A DNA stretch of 64,000 bases. It comes from Octopus bimaculoides. Its lineage: Eukaryota. The translations under genes and the position numbers were made by a program. How positions within the stretch are numbered: the first letter of the stretch is position 1; each line of letters starts with the position of its first letter. Positions 1-13,559 of the stretch are shown piece after piece. The notes beneath the pieces are model-generated. The model made no database searches, was not told the DNA's origin, and saw only the letters and a list, made by a program, of their open reading frames with translations. Where the stretch lies: the NCBI RefSeq assembly GCF_001194135.2, contig NC_068986.1, forward strand, positions 43,999,126 through 44,063,125, given 5' to 3'.

Positions 1-800
1 ACGGATACTCCGCTGAAATAGTTAAATAAATAATACTGAGAATAATTTTATTTTATAATTATTTCATTTAAATTATAATTATGATATTTGGTTGATACAC
101 AGATTCTCATAATGCTGGTATTTACTTCCAGACTTTGCAACGCTAAACTGCTGAGAGAAGAATCTTTTCTTGGTTAAGGTCACAGACTATCTTTGAGTAA
201 GATTCTTTGATTTTGGGAAAGTGAAGCACAAACAAAATAAATAACCTGCCCAGAAACACAAGTGTGGACAACTGGTAGATTGTATCATTGTTTCTATGAA
301 TCCAGATTCAGGTTTTGTTTTCAGTATTTTGCTGCCAAGATTTGACATAAGCATCATAAATCCATAAATATATTCTATCTGGTGTTGATTCATACAGGTT
401 GGGACATTTATCTAAAAGCACAGAAAGTAAGTGTTGATACCAATATAAGGTAGCATTAACATGATAATATAATTTACTAAGTATGTCAGTTCACAATTAT
501 AGTTTTTATTCTTTGTCATGAAAGACTATTTATAAACAAGACACTTACCACAAAGTCTTCAAATGGTTTCAAGAAGATGAAAGCTTAATTTACATGGAGT
601 GAGACAATGGAAGCATGGCTATTTGGATGCTGGTGATTTAGCACAGCTGACTGGACATTGAAACTGTTCCAGTGCTAATAGTTTTTGGCACTGGAGGCAA
701 ACACACACACGCTCATGAACATAAGTGCTGGCAGAAATACACACATACAGATACAGTAAGAGAGAGAGAGAGAGAAAGACATTACAATTCATTAATTAAA

Positions 801-1010
801 CATCATCATCATTTAACATCCATTTTCCATGTTGGCATGGGCTGGACAGTTTAACTGGAGCTGGCAAGCCAGAGAGCTACACCAAGCTCCACACATCTGC
901 TTTGGCATGGTTTCTACAGCTGGATGCCCTTCCTGATGCCAACCACTTTACAGAGTATACCGGGTGCTTTTATGTGGCACCAGTATGGTTGCTTTTTACG
1001 TGCCACCATA
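801..1010 (-). mobile_element. Representative 5'-truncated RTE 3' tail or tail-sharing SINE. Other copies at about 3519-3800, 4430-5052, 6104-6500, 9150-9425, 9740-10030, 10895-11085, 12304-12442, 15700-15890, 16020-16365, 17620-18260, 18425-18620, 21637-21975, 32332-32455, 38210-38630, 48920-49205, 52808-53385, 54985-55130, 60345-60555, 61960-62195
   Basis: Shared core catcatcatttaacgtcc..catgctggcatgggttggac..gctggatgcccttcctaatgccaaccact, the same as the 3'UTR of the RTE at 57706. Confidence 0.85.
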
Positions 1011-1042
1011 AACACTTTCACTCTCCTCATACACATAACACG

Positions 1043-1210
1043 AGAGAGAGAGGAAGAGAGAGAGAGAGGAAGAGAGAGAGAGAGAGGAAGAGAGAGAGAG
1101 AGAGGAAGAGAGAGAGAGGAAGAGAGAGAGAGGAAGAGAGAGAGAGGAAGAGAGAGAGAGGAAGAGAGAGAGAGGAAGAGAGAGAGAGAGAGGGGGGGGA
1201 GAAGGAGAGA
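1043..1210. repeat. Compound purine microsatellite (GA)n-GGAA
   Basis: Direct reading. It produces the spurious ER-repeat ORFs. Confidence 0.95.
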
Positions 1211-1705
1211 GAATTAGCAAAACATTCAGATGTTTCACATCAAATGAGTCAGCATCGAAGCAACAATGACAAAGAGGCAGAACTAAAACTGAGAGGTAAA
1301 ACATCTCAAACCCCAATCTATTAGCGAGCTGATAATTTTCACAAATGCAACAAAACTACAATGCAACAATGTTAAAATGAAGGAAAAAAAAATTAACGTG
1401 CAAGTGGCTGAGCACTCCACAGACACGTGTACCCTTAACGTAGTTCTCGGGGATATTCAGCATGACACAGTGTGACAAGGCTGACCCTTTGAATTACAGG
1501 CACAACAGAAAACAGGAAGTAAGAGTGAGAGAAAGTCATGGTGAAAGAGTACAGCAGGGTTCGCCACCATCTCCCTGCCGGAGCCTCGTGGAACTTTAGG
1601 TGCTTTCACTCAATAAACACTCACAACGCCCGGTCTGGGAATCGAAACCACAATCCTATGACCGCGAGTCCGCTGCCCTAACCACTGGGCCATTGCGCCT
1701 CCACT

Positions 1706-2082
1706 GCTGTGTGGTGAGTAGCTTGCTTACCAACCACATGGTTCTGGGTTCAGTCCCACTGCATGGCACTTTGGGCAAGTGTCTTCTACTATAACCTCGG
1801 GCCAACCAAAGCCTTGTGAATGGATTTGGTAGAGAGAAACTGAAAGAAGCTTGTTGTATGTATATGTTTGTGGATGTATGTTTGTGTATGTGTTTGTCTC
1901 CCCACCATTGCTTGACAACCAATGCTAGTGTGTTTACATCCCCGTAACTTAGCAATTCAGCAAAAGAGACTGATAGAATAAGTACTAAGCTTACAAAGAA
2001 TAAGTCATGGGGTCGATTTGTTTGACTAAAGGCACTGTTCCAGCAGGGCTGCAGTCAAATGACTGAAACAAATAAAAGAATT
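1706..2082 (+). mobile_element. tRNA-derived SINE family 2 with internal (TG)n; other copies at about 3983-4170, 29385-29680, 30996-31300, 43920-44085 (-), 55460-55810 (-), 56100-56390, 56710-56950 (-), 61430-61800 (-)
   Basis: B-box gggttcagtccc, CORE-like ttgggcaagtgtcttct, shared 3' end gcagtcaaatgactgaaaca. Confidence 0.85.
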
Positions 2083-2116
2083 AAAAAAAATTTGTAAAAT
2101 GGCATATTCTTCTCAC

Positions 2117-2272
2117 CTGTAATACTGATAAAGCACCATTTTTGCTATACCCAGATGTTGTTACAAGTTCCAAATCAGGATCTATTGTATTACAAAACTC
2201 TTCAGAAAGGAAAGCAGGTTCTCCCATCACCATTCTTCCACATGGACCAATGTTGAGAATACTGTCACAAAC
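2117..2272 (-). CDS. CPSF1: CPSF1 exon ([52 protein letters not shown]); last one visible, gene continues left of the window
   Basis: 156 nt. [21 protein letters not shown] and KNGALSVLQ motifs. Confidence 0.97.
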
Positions 2273-3228
2273 CTATTTTGATTAGAAAGGGTCAAAAACA
2301 ATCATTACATATAAAACAGGATAAAATGAAGTTAATGTCAACAACATGAATACTGATTTCTCTGCACATAAGAAACATACACCACGGCTCAACACTTTTG
2401 ATATCAAACCACCTGAAACCACATCCTGATACACATTTCCTGACCTAAAGTGATCTAAATTAAAGTTTTCCATCAAAATTTCAGGTTAATTTATGATCCA
2501 AACACTAGCTTAGTAATGACAAAGTTATTTTACAAAATTCTTCATTATCTTCAAAATAAAACAAAAAAAAAATGGTAGTATATTTCGACAGAAATAGGAT
2601 AACAAAAGGAAAAACCCCTGAACATTTAAACTGGCTATATATGGCCAAAATATTCAACCTGCTTTATGTTCAAACTGACCAGATCCAGCTTCTCACATCT
2701 ATCCTATGTCATTCTAAAAGTAAACAATCACATCAATGAAATCCCAAAGCTACAAGATAATACATGATTTATTCAAAACAATGTGAATAAATAAGTATGA
2801 CATTTGGTAGAGTAATCTGAATGCTAAAGGGTTAAAGTAAAAAAAACTACTGTACTGCTAGAAGGAAAAGAAATTTAAAGCTCTTTAGCTAAATTCATCA
2901 ACTATTACTCAAAATCAGTGGTAAATAAAATGACTTTTGAGAACATTATATAAAACAAGCCTAAAGGGGTGTCACTAAGTAGACACTCAACCTGCTAGAA
3001 ATAGCATCAAAATCTCCCTCAAATCACACCCTACTATTTTAAATAAATGACAGGACACATTGGATAACATACTTTTCAATACAGTGTCCAGCAAAATATT
3101 TAAGATGGGATGATCATGACTGAATTTTCTTTAAGCATAGGTCTGTGAGATCAAGGATGACATGGGGGTGTTAAATGACAACATGATGACAGTAAACAAT
3201 ATACAAGGAAAGGAATTAAGTAAATTAC

Positions 3229-3326
3229 CTCAAAAGTGAATGAAGTAATGGTTGTTCCACTGATGGCATCTCCTTCACCATACACCTCTAATTCATCAAG
3301 ATCATCAATTTGTGATACATCAGAGG
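3229..3326 (-). CDS. CPSF1: CPSF1 exon (ASDVSQIDDLDELEVYGEGDAISGTTITSFTFE)
   Basis: 98 nt. DELEVYG motif. This is the only real coding part of ORF-track entry 3151..3897. Confidence 0.95.
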
Positions 3327-5135
3327 CTGTGAAAAAAAATAGAAAACTGTTTCTGTTAAACTGCGCAAATAGATGTTGGTAGTGACCATGTTTCAAAAAT
3401 ATACAAAGACAAGGGATCAAGATATCTAGTACCTTGCTGTATGCAAGAAGACCCATCCACCACAAAAGAAATGCTGCTCCCACTGCTGAAGAAGACTGGC
3501 CTGAAAGAACCCTGCGATGATGCCATGTAAAAGCACCTGCACTGGCACCACATGAAAAGCTTCTGTGCCAGCACCACATAACAGCACCTATATCAATGCC
3601 ATGTATAAGCTCCCATGTAGGTGCCACATAAAAGGTACCCAGCACACTCTGTAAAGCAGTTAGCATTAGGAAGGTCTCCAGCCATAGAAACAAAGCCAAA
3701 TCAGACTGGAACCTAGTGCAGCTCTCCTGCTTGCCAGCTCTGGTCAAACTGTCCAACTCATACCAATATAGAAAACAGACATTAAATGATGATAATAGTG
3801 ATGAATACATTTGCACAAAATGTAAAGAAACAATAAAAATTTTAATAAAATATTCACTGATAGGTTTTGTGACATTTAGGCAGACATGACATCCCAAACT
3901 GCCTTCATTTTATGGTGTTTCCATTAAGTTATGTCATTCTTCTAACCTGTCAGTAAATATGTTCCATATATAAGAACAGGATTGGCTGTGTTATAAGAAG
4001 TTTCCTTCCCAACCACATGATTCCCAGCTCAGTACCATGGCAGAGCACCTTTGGGTAAATGTCTTCTACTATAGCTCCAGGTCAACCAAAGTTTTGGGAG
4101 TAGATATGGTAGACAGAAACTGAAAGAAGTCTGTTGAATACATATGAATATGTGTATGTTCATGTCTGTTATTGCCGCATTGCCTTGACACCACATGACA
4201 GTTGTAAACGATAATTTGTCACCATAATGCAATATACTACAGAGCTGGGCAAAATGAAATTGCAACAGAAATGATCATGTGAGTAACAGATGTGTATTCT
4301 GCAATGGATGCGACATAGTAACCTACAGCTAAGGTATAACTAAGCACTAAGTCACAATTACATATTTGTTGTTCTCAAGATCACTTCTGAGGCAATTTCA
4401 TTTTGCCAAGCTCTGAAACATATTGCGTTTTTTAACAGCTAAGCATATTATATGGACAGCTTGCATATGGACAAGGACAGCTGTGTAAAAAAAGTGCCAA
4501 TCTCTAACTCTCTGACTGTAGAGGGAACTTGTGGAAGAGGTAAACCCAGGAAGACGTGGGATGAGGTGGTGAAGCATGATCCTCAAACGTTGGGCCTCAC
4601 AGAGGCAATGACAAGTGACCAAGACCTTTAGCGATATGCCATGCTTGAGAAAACCTGTCAAGCCAAGTGAAACCATAATCATGGCTGATGCTGGCGTCAT
4701 GTAATAGGCACCTGTGCCAGGGGCACATAAAAAATGTTGGACTCACAGAGATGATAAGTGACCAAGACCTTTGGTGATATGCCATGCTTGAGAAAACTCA
4801 TCAAGCCAAATGAAATCATAAATGTGACCAATGCCAGTGTCATGTAACTGGCACCCATGCCAGTGGCACATAAAAAGCACCCATTACACTCTTAGAGTGG
4901 ATTACGTTAGGAAGGGCATCTAGTCATAGAAATCATGCCAAATCAGATTTGAACCTGGTGTAGCGCTCCAGCTTACCAGTTTCAGTCAAACCCTTTAACC
5001 CATGCCAGCATGAAAAACGGACGCTAAATGATGATGATGATGATGATGATGATCTTCTGTAAAACAATAATGACAAGTAAGTCTCTTCTTAAATGTTATC
5101 TAAACAAACTGCAAAGAGCTTAGCAGTCAACTAAC

Positions 5136-5184
5136 CCATGACTTCAGAATTGTCAGTTCTCTTCTTTTTACAAGGTGGATCACT
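5136..5184 (-). CDS. CPSF1: CPSF1 49-nt exon (SDPPCKKKRTDNSEVM; basic NLS-like loop)
   Basis: tttgtttcAG and GTTAGT. Corresponds to the EPPSKKKRVD loop; phase 0 in, phase 1 out. Confidence 0.9.
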
Positions 5185-5315
5185 CTGAAACAAAAACAAA
5201 ATGAAAAGTCAATAACCTTTATATTGCAATGAAATTTGAAGGAAAATAAGAGGAAAGCAAAGATTTAATAGCTTCACTTTAAACAGATTATGGCTAGATA
5301 AAAGCGACAGCTCAC

Positions 5316-5438
5316 CTTTTTGCCATCAGCATCAATTTTATTGACAGAAGCTTCAAGCATTTTTTCTGTGTACTTCAAAAGTAAAGAGTTACCGAGTCGT
5401 GACCCCAAAAATAAATACCCTTCTTCACACTGACACAT
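5316..5438 (-). CDS. CPSF1: CPSF1 exon ([41 protein letters not shown])
   Basis: 123 nt. [20 protein letters not shown] motif. Confidence 0.97.
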
Positions 5439-6651
5439 CTGTCATAAATAAATAAAAAAGAATATTTTGACAAACAGATTTCTTTTGAGATAGTAGACAG
5501 TTAAATTCAGTAAGGTCTGAATGCACCCCCAATGTGTTACCAGTACTTATGTTAGCAAATCTAGGTGAGTGCATGGTACAAACTGACACTCACAAGATTT
5601 TCATTTAGAACCTAAAATGGTCAAAAGATATTCTTAAAAATTAACAACAAAATAAGCATTGTTTCTTTTTGTGCAAAATGAATAAAACAAATTTTTTAAT
5701 ATTTTATATTTTTAAATAAACGTATAAATATATAAATAGTTTTCTTACATAGGCACAAGAAACATTTTCATGGGGGAGTAGTATAGTCAACAGAATCAAT
5801 CCACCTGCACAATTGAGTATTTTATCAAACCAAGAGGATTAAGAGGAAAAGTCAACCCCAACAGTATTTCAACAAAAAAAATTAGAGAAGAAAGACTAAA
5901 CACAATGAGGCATACACTTCTCTACTACTTCTCTTAAGTCACTACTTTGATGACATGAATAATGTTTTGAAACAAGTTAATAATTTCTTACTAACAATCA
6001 GACATAGTTTGGACATGACTAAACAATAGAATATATACACATGCCCAGTCTGCACTAAATTTAAAAAAAAAAAAAATTTTTTCTTTACAACTCAGTTATC
6101 TTCATCATCATCCTTTAATGTCTGTTTTCCATGCTGCCATGGGTTGGATGGCTTGACATGAGCTAGTTAACTGTCCAGGTTCCATATTTGTTTTGGCATG
6201 GTTTCCATGGCCAGATGCCCTTCCTAATGCCAACCACTTTACAGAGTGTACCAGCTTCACTTATGCAGCACCGGCACAGGTGGTCTTAAGTGGCACTAGC
6301 ACAGGTGCTCTCATGTGGCACTAGTACTCACAAACCTGCAAGATTAGGATCACTCAGCTGAAGAGGGATGCAGGGGACATGTCTGTATGCAAAGACAACT
6401 ACAATTTTACTTAGCTTGATGGATCTTCTCAAGCACAGCAAACTGCCTTAAGTCTCAGTCATCCCCTCTATAAGGCCCAACGTCTTAAGATCCATTCTCA
6501 CCAAATAGATCCTTTAAAAACAGCTATCTGTATCATCTCAATAATTTCTGCTGTATACTACAATCAATACCTCAGATTCATTTGCATTAGAATTTGTTTA
6601 AAACTGTTTAGAAACTAAATGCAAAGTAAAACACAAGGAAAGAAAACTTAC

Positions 6652-6739
6652 ACATGTAGTAAGGACACTAGAAGCAGCTTTGTCAAAATGAAAACTCTTC
6701 ACACTCCTCATGCCATCAACAACCAATGTTAAGACATAC
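6652..6739 (-). CDS. CPSF1: CPSF1 exon ([29 protein letters not shown])
   Basis: 88 nt. [18 protein letters not shown] motif. Confidence 0.97.
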
Positions 6740-7071
6740 CTGAAATTAAATGATTATAATAACAATAATAATCTGATTTTAGATGGATGGGAGTTTAAGT
6801 CAGTTTGTTCTTTAGCCCTTCGACTGTGAAATTAAATTTCATGGTTATTCCAGTAATAATGTTAAATATCTACCAAAAAGTAGAATTGGCATTTTCTGTA
6901 AGTCACATTGCCTCAATAAACTTCACATATCTCAAGAGAAAATAGTCTCAATAAAAGATAGATTGGTATATAAAACTGCTTTCCACAATTAAGGGTAATG
7001 AAATTTTGAGTGGATACATCTAATTATCCCACTAAAAGGGTTAAGAAAGACAAATAAATATAAATACTTAC

Positions 7072-7165
7072 AGTTCTCCACCTTTCAGTGACAGAACTAA
7101 TTTATCAAACGAGATCAGTGTTGCTTGGCAACAGTCCAGGGCAATTCGAACACCTTCTTGGGGTT
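7072..7165 (-). CDS. CPSF1: CPSF1 exon ([32 protein letters not shown])
   Basis: 94 nt, AG/GTAAGT, phase-consistent. Confidence 0.96.
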
Positions 7166-7809
7166 CTGCAAAAGATGAGGTACGAGATATTTAATAAGAA
7201 ATTAACTCCACCATATTCCAATCAAATGGTTTTGTGTTGATTTTTGGTATCTTTCATTTGCAATATTTTCTTCATATTCCCATAGAAAAAGATAAAAACT
7301 CTGCTTCTATTCTACAAGGTCTAACTACAGTCAAAAGAATTTCTGGAAGGAATTAAAATATGCTACTGCTACAAACATGATATGCACCTTAAGTCTTTGA
7401 TGACATCAATCCTACTAACAATATAAGGAAATGGTAATCAAACCAGCAAAGTTGATGGCATGTATCTAATTCAAATAATAGATGTTTTTAAGTATTTTTA
7501 CATCTGACAGATTAGATAGTGTTATGAATTTAGGGGAAACACTTCACAGCTGAATACTCTTTCTAATCCTGATCAACTAACTACTAACTAAGGGTGACTG
7601 ACACTAACTTATTCAAAATAGTTGCTTGAAAGAAGTAAATCAAAATACCTCGACTATACATACATTACAGTAAGAAACTTATAATCAATGACTATGGCTT
7701 TTTAAACACTATTTTAACGAATCAGAACACTACATTACTTCTGATAAAATAAAAGAATGAAATATAATTTAAAGTTTGTGAGATAGCAATTCTCTAGGTT
7801 TGGCTTCAC

Positions 7810-8420
7810 AAGCAAAAATATACAGAGGGGAATGTCCACATCTTTTGCAAGATTGCTGATGCCTGATGAGTCTGATTTACGACAAACAGGCACAACCACA
7901 GAGACTGCATGGGAAAGTAGGCTGACCAGGGTTGGTCATACTGCCTTATTTTAACTCCTTTCTCTGCAAGGATGATCCTGCAGGTGTCTTCAAAGAAGGC
8001 TGTTGCCTGGAGGACAGTGGAACACAAGGCTTCATAATCAGCAGCAAGAACAGACCACCGGTGAAGATCAATGTGACAGATGCCAAGGGATTTCTTTAAG
8101 GAGTCCTTGTACCTCTTCTTCAGTACTCTTCTATCATAATGACCAGAAGAGAGTTTGCCATGCAGTGTAACCTTGAGAAGTCAATGAACTGCATTTCTAG
8201 TGATGTGTCCAGCCTAGTGAGGCTGTCTTCAGTAGAGTTGTTTTGATGCTGGCAAGATTTTCTGTTTACACCATGCATTCTTTGAATGGAGGATATGAAG
8301 ACAAATCTCAGAATTCTTTTTCTAAAGGGAGTTGACAACTTGCAAGTTAAAGAAGCTAACTGAAGCACAATTTAGGCTCTGAATTGATGTCCATAAAATA
8401 TCATCGATATGTGACAACAT
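7810..8420 (-). mobile_element. Old RTE/BovB-like C-terminal fragment; similar relics at ~9430-9715 (+), ~42300-43230 (-), ~49440-50700 (-)
   Basis: KRYKDSLKKSLGICHID..W...A.D motif. The other relics have GRPR.RW and LAGHC-like remnants. Confidence 0.6.
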
Positions 8421-8748
8421 TTAAATATAATCAACTTAATTGTATTCAACTTACTTGGGCCAGCCAAAGTGACATGACAACAAATAAAACTCACATTTAC
8501 AATGTACACCAATGAACACTATATCATATCAGCATATTTCATCCAAATTCAAACAGTAGTTATATATTTTTAGGATTTTTATATGAAAACAACTGCATTT
8601 AGTCAAAATGTTTTTCTAGTAGGACTTGGAGATTTATATAGAGAAAGCATGACAGGACTTTAAGATTAAAGGTGTTCTCCACAAATACTATGTCACATTG
8701 GCATAAGCTTTACAAAAGAGAAGACATTCAGAAATAATGACTACTTAC

Positions 8749-8859
8749 TGAGTGGAAATGCTGTACAAGAAAGTGCAATACCATTTAATGAAACACCATA
8801 AGGGGGTACACTTTGATTCAAATATAAGAGGGAATTTACTGCAAACACAACAACACCAC
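8749..8859 (-). CDS. CPSF1: CPSF1 exon ([37 protein letters not shown])
   Basis: 111 nt. [15 protein letters not shown] motif. Confidence 0.97.
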
Positions 8860-11420
8860 CTGTTAAAGAAAAATAAGCAAAAATAATATTTTATGTTTTT
8901 GATAATATCTTTCATTGGCATAAGATTGTTAATTTGTAGGAGCTAGTAATAAGATCAAATGAATTAACTTCAGTGCACGATTGATATTTATCTTATCCTC
9001 AAAAATAGGAAAGGAAAAAAAAAAATCAATTCCAGTAGGATCTGAACTTAACACTTTCATAATGATAATTCTACTGAAATACACCACCTTGATGCGTTTG
9101 AATTAATTTTGAAAATAATCAATAATCTGAAAGTATTTAGTACTCAAGAAAACCCACCCACCACAACATAATTGATATCCTAAAACCAACGTGCCATATA
9201 AAAAAAGCATTGGTGTGAATGCTGGTGCCACATTATAAACACTGGTGTTGGTACCACATAAAAAACACCCTATAAAGTGATTGGTGTTAGGAAGGGCACA
9301 TAGCTGTAAAAACCAAACCAAAACAGACTATGGAACCTGGTGCAGCCCCTGGCCTTGCCAGTTCCTGTCAAGCTATTCAACCCATGCCAGTATGGAAAAC
9401 GGGTGTTAAATGACAATAATGATGATATTTAGTAACATTGCACAACAGGGTACATAGCTCAGAGATCAGGATGTCTTTCCAGATCAAGCTGCTATTTCTC
9501 TGCATCGAGAGATCACAACTCCAGTATGACATGTGGTCAGGATACTGCAGGAAAGGCTCACAAAACAGATTCCTCAAACCAAGACAACCAACAGGAGACC
9601 TACAGGTACACCACGAGCAAGATGGATAATATCCATAGACTCAGTTCATCACACTAAGAAATCCAGCAGGAAAGCATGACAACAGTCACTTCTGATAGGA
9701 ATCTATAGAGGAGATGGCTGTAGTCTCTACCCCTAAAACATCATCATCACTGTTTAACGTTCCCCTTCCATGCTGGCATACGTTGGATAGTTTGACAGGA
9801 GCTGGCCAGGCAGAAGACTGCACCAGACTTCTGTGTCTGTTTTGGTATGGTTTTTACAGTTGGTTGCCCTTCCTAACACCAACCACCCCACAGAGTGGAC
9901 TGAGGTCAGTTTTGGCATGGTTTTTACAGGTGAGGTTAGTTTTAGCATGGTTTTTTACAGCTGGATGCCCTTCCAAATGCCAACCACTTTACAGTATGGA
10001 CTGGATGCTTTTTACATGGCACCCGCACTGGCAGGGTTACCAAGTTATTTCCCAGAAATAGTGGGCACCAAAAATGGATGGATGTTGTTTAGAATATAAA
10101 AGGTTTTATATAAAATTATGAAGCAAGATTTTAAATTTAAATAAGGACTGTTTAAATGAGTGGTTTTGTATCATAGAACTAGAGGCAATTCTAGGCAAGT
10201 TGGTATCAAAAGGGTTAAAATATACTGGACGAAATACCAAATTACTGTTTCTGCCACTCCACCAACATATTAATGGCTTTTAACATAGGCACAAACCATA
10301 AATTATGGCAGACGGAATAGTTAAACTGATTCCAGTAGATGACTGGTATATATTTTATTAAATCTTGAAGGGTGAAAGGCAAAAAAAGTAACTGAAGTGG
10401 GATTCAAACTCAGAATTCAAAGCAACAGCAAAATCTTTCAAGACATTTTATCCAACACTACCAATTCTACTAATCCTCAAGCATGACAATAACAATCTTT
10501 TCTACCATAAGTGTAAAGCCCACAAATTAACGCAGGGGAGAGTGAAGATCAGTGCTAGCACTTCAGCTGGTGCTAAATTATCAGCTCTAGAAGAATGTAA
10601 AACAAAGTTGACCATGGCAATATTTGTATTCAAAATGCAAAAAGATAAAACTAAACACATCAAGAACTCTTCCTATTTTGGGTATTTTCTCTGCCTTATT
10701 CTGGTTTGAGCCACTTTAAAGAAAGCAGGTCTGTTTTATTTACTGTGTACACCAACATAAGAGAAACTATCTTTTCAGACTAGTGCTTAGTGCTTTCTTT
10801 TTCCATACTAACTGTTCAGTTAAGAAAGCCAACTTCAAGCAATATGGGATCACAACAAACAGCAATTTTTCTATACATAAAAATCTCTGGTAGGCATCAT
10901 CATCATCATCATTTAATATTTGTTTTCCATGCTTGCATGGGTTGGACAATTTAACAGGAGTTGGTAAGCCAGAGAGCTACATCAAGCTCTATTATCTGTT
11001 TTGGTATGGTTTCTATAGCTGGATGCTCTTCCTTACCAACCACTTGACAGAGTATATTGGGTGCTTTTTACGTGGCACCAGCACAGTCACTATTATAAAT
11101 GGATACATAGTACAAATTATTACTAATATGATACATAATAGTAAAAATCGTATTTTAATTTTCTAAATTATTGAAATGAAAAATGGTACTTTCTTTTTAT
11201 TGAAAGTCAATTCTTTATTTACTAAAGGATTAGTAAATAAACTATTACACTCATGAGACAGATTTAATAGCTGATTGACAAGCTTTCAGAATAACTATCA
11301 CTACTCCATGGAGAAGGAAAAGGGTCATTATTTAGTAGCTTATTTTACTAATCCTTTAGTAAACAAAAAATTGGCTACTGATAACTGTAAAGTACCAAAG
11401 AAACTATAGTGAACACTTAC

Positions 11421-11560
11421 CTATGGGTTTAGGAATTGGTAAAGCACAGAAGCAGTCAAAGGGTAAGTTTGTTAATGACCATATAACAGGATGAACTTTC
11501 TGTTGGATATTTAAAGAAATAGCCACAATGCTGCAAGTATCTGTTCGTACAGCTGTTCGC
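11421..11560 (-). CDS. CPSF1: CPSF1 exon ([46 protein letters not shown])
   Basis: 140 nt. [21 protein letters not shown] motif. Confidence 0.97.
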
Positions 11561-12652
11561 CTAAAAAGATATATTATTTCACAATATTTGATAAATTGAT
11601 AGGAAATAGTTTCTGAAAAATTATTTCCTGTTCTAGGATAACCAACTGAAACAGCAAAAGAGACAAATTTTTAATTATTGCACTGGTGCCTCATTATTAA
11701 AGAAGCCCACTTTAAGTCAATTACCAATGTAAGTAGTCATGTAGTTTTTTCCACAGCAAGAAGACTGTTCTCTCTGGCCCTTTCTCTTATGTTTTTACTC
11801 CTTGTGTTTTAGAATAAAGCTGCTCATTTGAGGTTCATAGTCTTGCAGGCTGCATAGTAACCTTACTAGTATCAGTGTCACAAACAAAGCAACTTGTATA
11901 CACTGTAAAGTCGAATGCACTTCCTATCCAACTGTAGAATTCATGCCAAAGAAAATGATGCAGACCTTGAACCCATTGGATCATGTCAAACCAGGCAACC
12001 TATGCCAGCATGGAACATGAATCTATGATGATGATCGCCAATGTTTCATGAAACAAATGGCTGTGAATGTTTGTATATATGTAGCCATTTAATGGAGGCA
12101 ACAGCTGCAGTGACAGTGGTACTGGTGGTGGTAGAAACAAGAATAATGATGATACTGATAGCAATCATGAGAATATATAATGATCTTGCTAATAATGGCA
12201 AACACAAAAGAGGAGGAGGAGATGGATTTTAGAAACTTGCTTTTGTAAATTCAAATCATGGTGGGGGCCAACAATTAAGCAATTGATATGAAGCACTCAT
12301 AAGTTCATCATCATCATCATTTAACGTCTGCTTTCCATGCTAGCATGGGTTGGACGATTTGACTGAGGACTGGTGAACCAGATGGCTACACCAGGCTCCA
12401 ATCTGATTTGGCAGAGTTTCTACAGCTGAATGCCCTTCCTAAGTTGATGTTTCATTTTTCTTAGATGTCATTTACATTTTCTATTGAAGAAAAAACCTGC
12501 TAAAACATGTTGGGTTTAGCTGGGGGTCTTTTTTTTTTTTTTATAATTAACAATAAAATATCAAATAATACAAACAAATTCAAATATTTGTTTCCATTTC
12601 ATTCAAACAGAAAAACAAGCTTGCTTTTAAAGTTAAACTTTATCACACTTAC

Positions 12653-12796
12653 CCTGACCAAGTTTGCAGAGGTTCATACAAGATGAAAATTGTTGGTTCA
12701 TAATAACCATGCAGAAACTGAATGTCTAAAACATTAGTAATTTTCTCATCCATGGAGCGAAGATCAATTAAATATGATGAAAGTATTGGTGGTTTA
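12653..12796 (-). CDS. CPSF1: CPSF1 exon ([47 protein letters not shown])
   Basis: 144 nt. [10 protein letters not shown] motif, canonical splice sites. Confidence 0.97.
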
Positions 12797-12900
12797 CTGA
12801 AACAGAAAATATCTTATTTAAGTAACAGCAATTAGATCTTTAAGTCTCTTTTTTTTCAACCATCATTATTTATTAATCCAGAGGAAAAAAAGCCAGAGAA

Positions 12901-13122
12901 TTAACCCTTTAGCATTTAAACTAGCCATATCCAGCCCAAATATTCTGTCTATTTTATGCTGAAACTGACCAGATCTGGCCTCTCACACCTACTCTACAAC
13001 ATCATCCTAAAAATAAACAATCACATCATTGAAATTTTGAACTAATGAGATAATACATGATTAATTCAAAACAGTGAATAAATAAGCATTCACATTTGAT
13101 AAACTGAATGCTAAAGAGTTAA
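12901..13122. mobile_element. TTAA-target piggyBac-like MITE family 1 (~225 bp); other copies at 2611-2835, 22002-22226 (inverted), 33170-33400
   Basis: Ends TTAA-CCCTTTAGCATT ... AATGCTAAAG(G/A)G-TTAA and shared internal sequence among four copies. TTAA plus CCC termini is the piggyBac signature. Confidence 0.8.
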
Positions 13123-13559
13123 TGCAAGTTTGGATATTTTACAGGTTTTGAATTATTTTAGATTTGTGAATAAGTGTATATGATGTCTTATATGATGAGA
13201 GTTGCATTATATAGGTTCTTACGGGTTAAACCAAATCTGACAGAGAAAAAACTAGAAGAATGAGTGCTTTAAATGATTTAAACATCTAAAAGTCCATTTC
13301 AGTAGCAAAAGCTCATTAACATTGCCATCAACATACCAACAGTCCAAGCAAATGCATTAAGTTAGAAATAATGAGTCAAAATATAACAGAACGCACGTAA
13401 TAGATCAGGACATAAGAAACCTGCTGAAAATAAATTTTAAAACATCATCTATAATAATAAATGCCAAAACGAATTTCTGTGTCAGTGTGTCACACTTTGA
13501 CCCCACCTCTCTCACTATTCAATGACACTCCTACTATTCCTCATCTTGGGGTGAGAGTA

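Noticed and set aside
902-1324. ER/RE-rich and SL-rich ORFs (also 13779-14124, 47150-47462, 54212-54639)
   Set aside because: These are translations of microsatellites.
3151-3897. 248-aa ORF
   Set aside because: A chance fusion of an RTE-tail repeat, intron sequence and one true CPSF1 exon (3229-3326).
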